Of a stretch of 64,000 nucleotides of DNA, positions 63,687 through 64,000 are shown piece by piece. The position numbers and the translations under genes are program-made. Numbering within the stretch: the first letter of the stretch is position 1; every line of letters starts with the position of its first letter. The notes below the pieces were generated by a model. The model saw only the letters and a list, made by a program, of their open reading frames with translations, was not told the origin of the DNA and made no database searches. The DNA comes from Mobula hypostoma (Eukaryota), in NCBI RefSeq assembly GCF_963921235.1, contig NC_086109.1:4590001-4654000 (forward strand), given 5' to 3'.

Positions 63687-64000
63687 CTAAAGAGGCGACA
63701 AAATTTTAAAAAATCTCAGAAGCTTAAAATTAAAGCAAAGTTATCGGAAGAGACTTACCAATTATATTCTATTAATTTGAAATTTATTAGCATAGGACTT
63801 TAAAAGTAAAGAGGAAAATGTGTAGTTACATTGTTAGATGGAAAAACATTAATTGAGTGAATTGCACCACTGCCATCCAAGATCAGTGCCAATATTTCTC
63901 CTAATGTAGGAAAATATTGGCATGAATTTAATGCTAACTTTTCATTTACATTTTAAGAGACCATGTGACAGAATGAATTCAGGTTAACACAGAAAATGCT

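Larger units (their letters stand above)
56357..64000. repeat. Segmental duplication unit A (paralogous to unit B, ~30540-45560)
   Basis: Exons and introns are collinear, with offsets of 18.4-19.3 kb at the exons; unit A runs off the right edge. Confidence 0.9.

Noticed and set aside
1..64000. CRISPR arrays, rRNA/tRNA genes, or bacterial retron/defence systems
   Set aside because: The sequence is eukaryotic; all RT motifs belong to non-LTR retrotransposons, and I recognised no regularly spaced repeat array or structured RNA gene.

Overview
Vertebrate genomic DNA, not prokaryotic. The repeat content (CR1, Rex1/Babar, L1/Tx1, RTE, Penelope, Tc1/pogo, V-SINE) suggests a cartilaginous fish such as a ray or shark (inference). 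Most of the window is decayed transposable elements. Among them are 12 small GT-AG exons on the minus strand (63686 to 17577) that splice in compatible phases into the C-terminal ~457 aa of a type I membrane regulator-of-complement-activation (RCA) protein resembling CD46/MCP. It has at least 6.5 CCP/Sushi modules, an 11-aa linker, a TM helix and a cytoplasmic tail ending in -RSVL; its 5' end lies beyond the right edge. The CCP exons sit in an internal tandem duplication (~19 kb offset) of a CD46-type 4-CCP cassette, with patches of near-identity that suggest gene conversion. Downstream, a CpG-island promoter with a signal-peptide first exon (7300-7234, minus) starts a second gene that runs off the left edge. 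Notable TEs are a near-intact full-length L1 with a 15-bp TSD, a near full-length Rex1/Babar LINE, a solo LTR, and Tc1 and Tigger DNA transposons. Several insertions can be delimited exactly because the paralogous copy keeps the empty site. All alignments and translations were done by eye.
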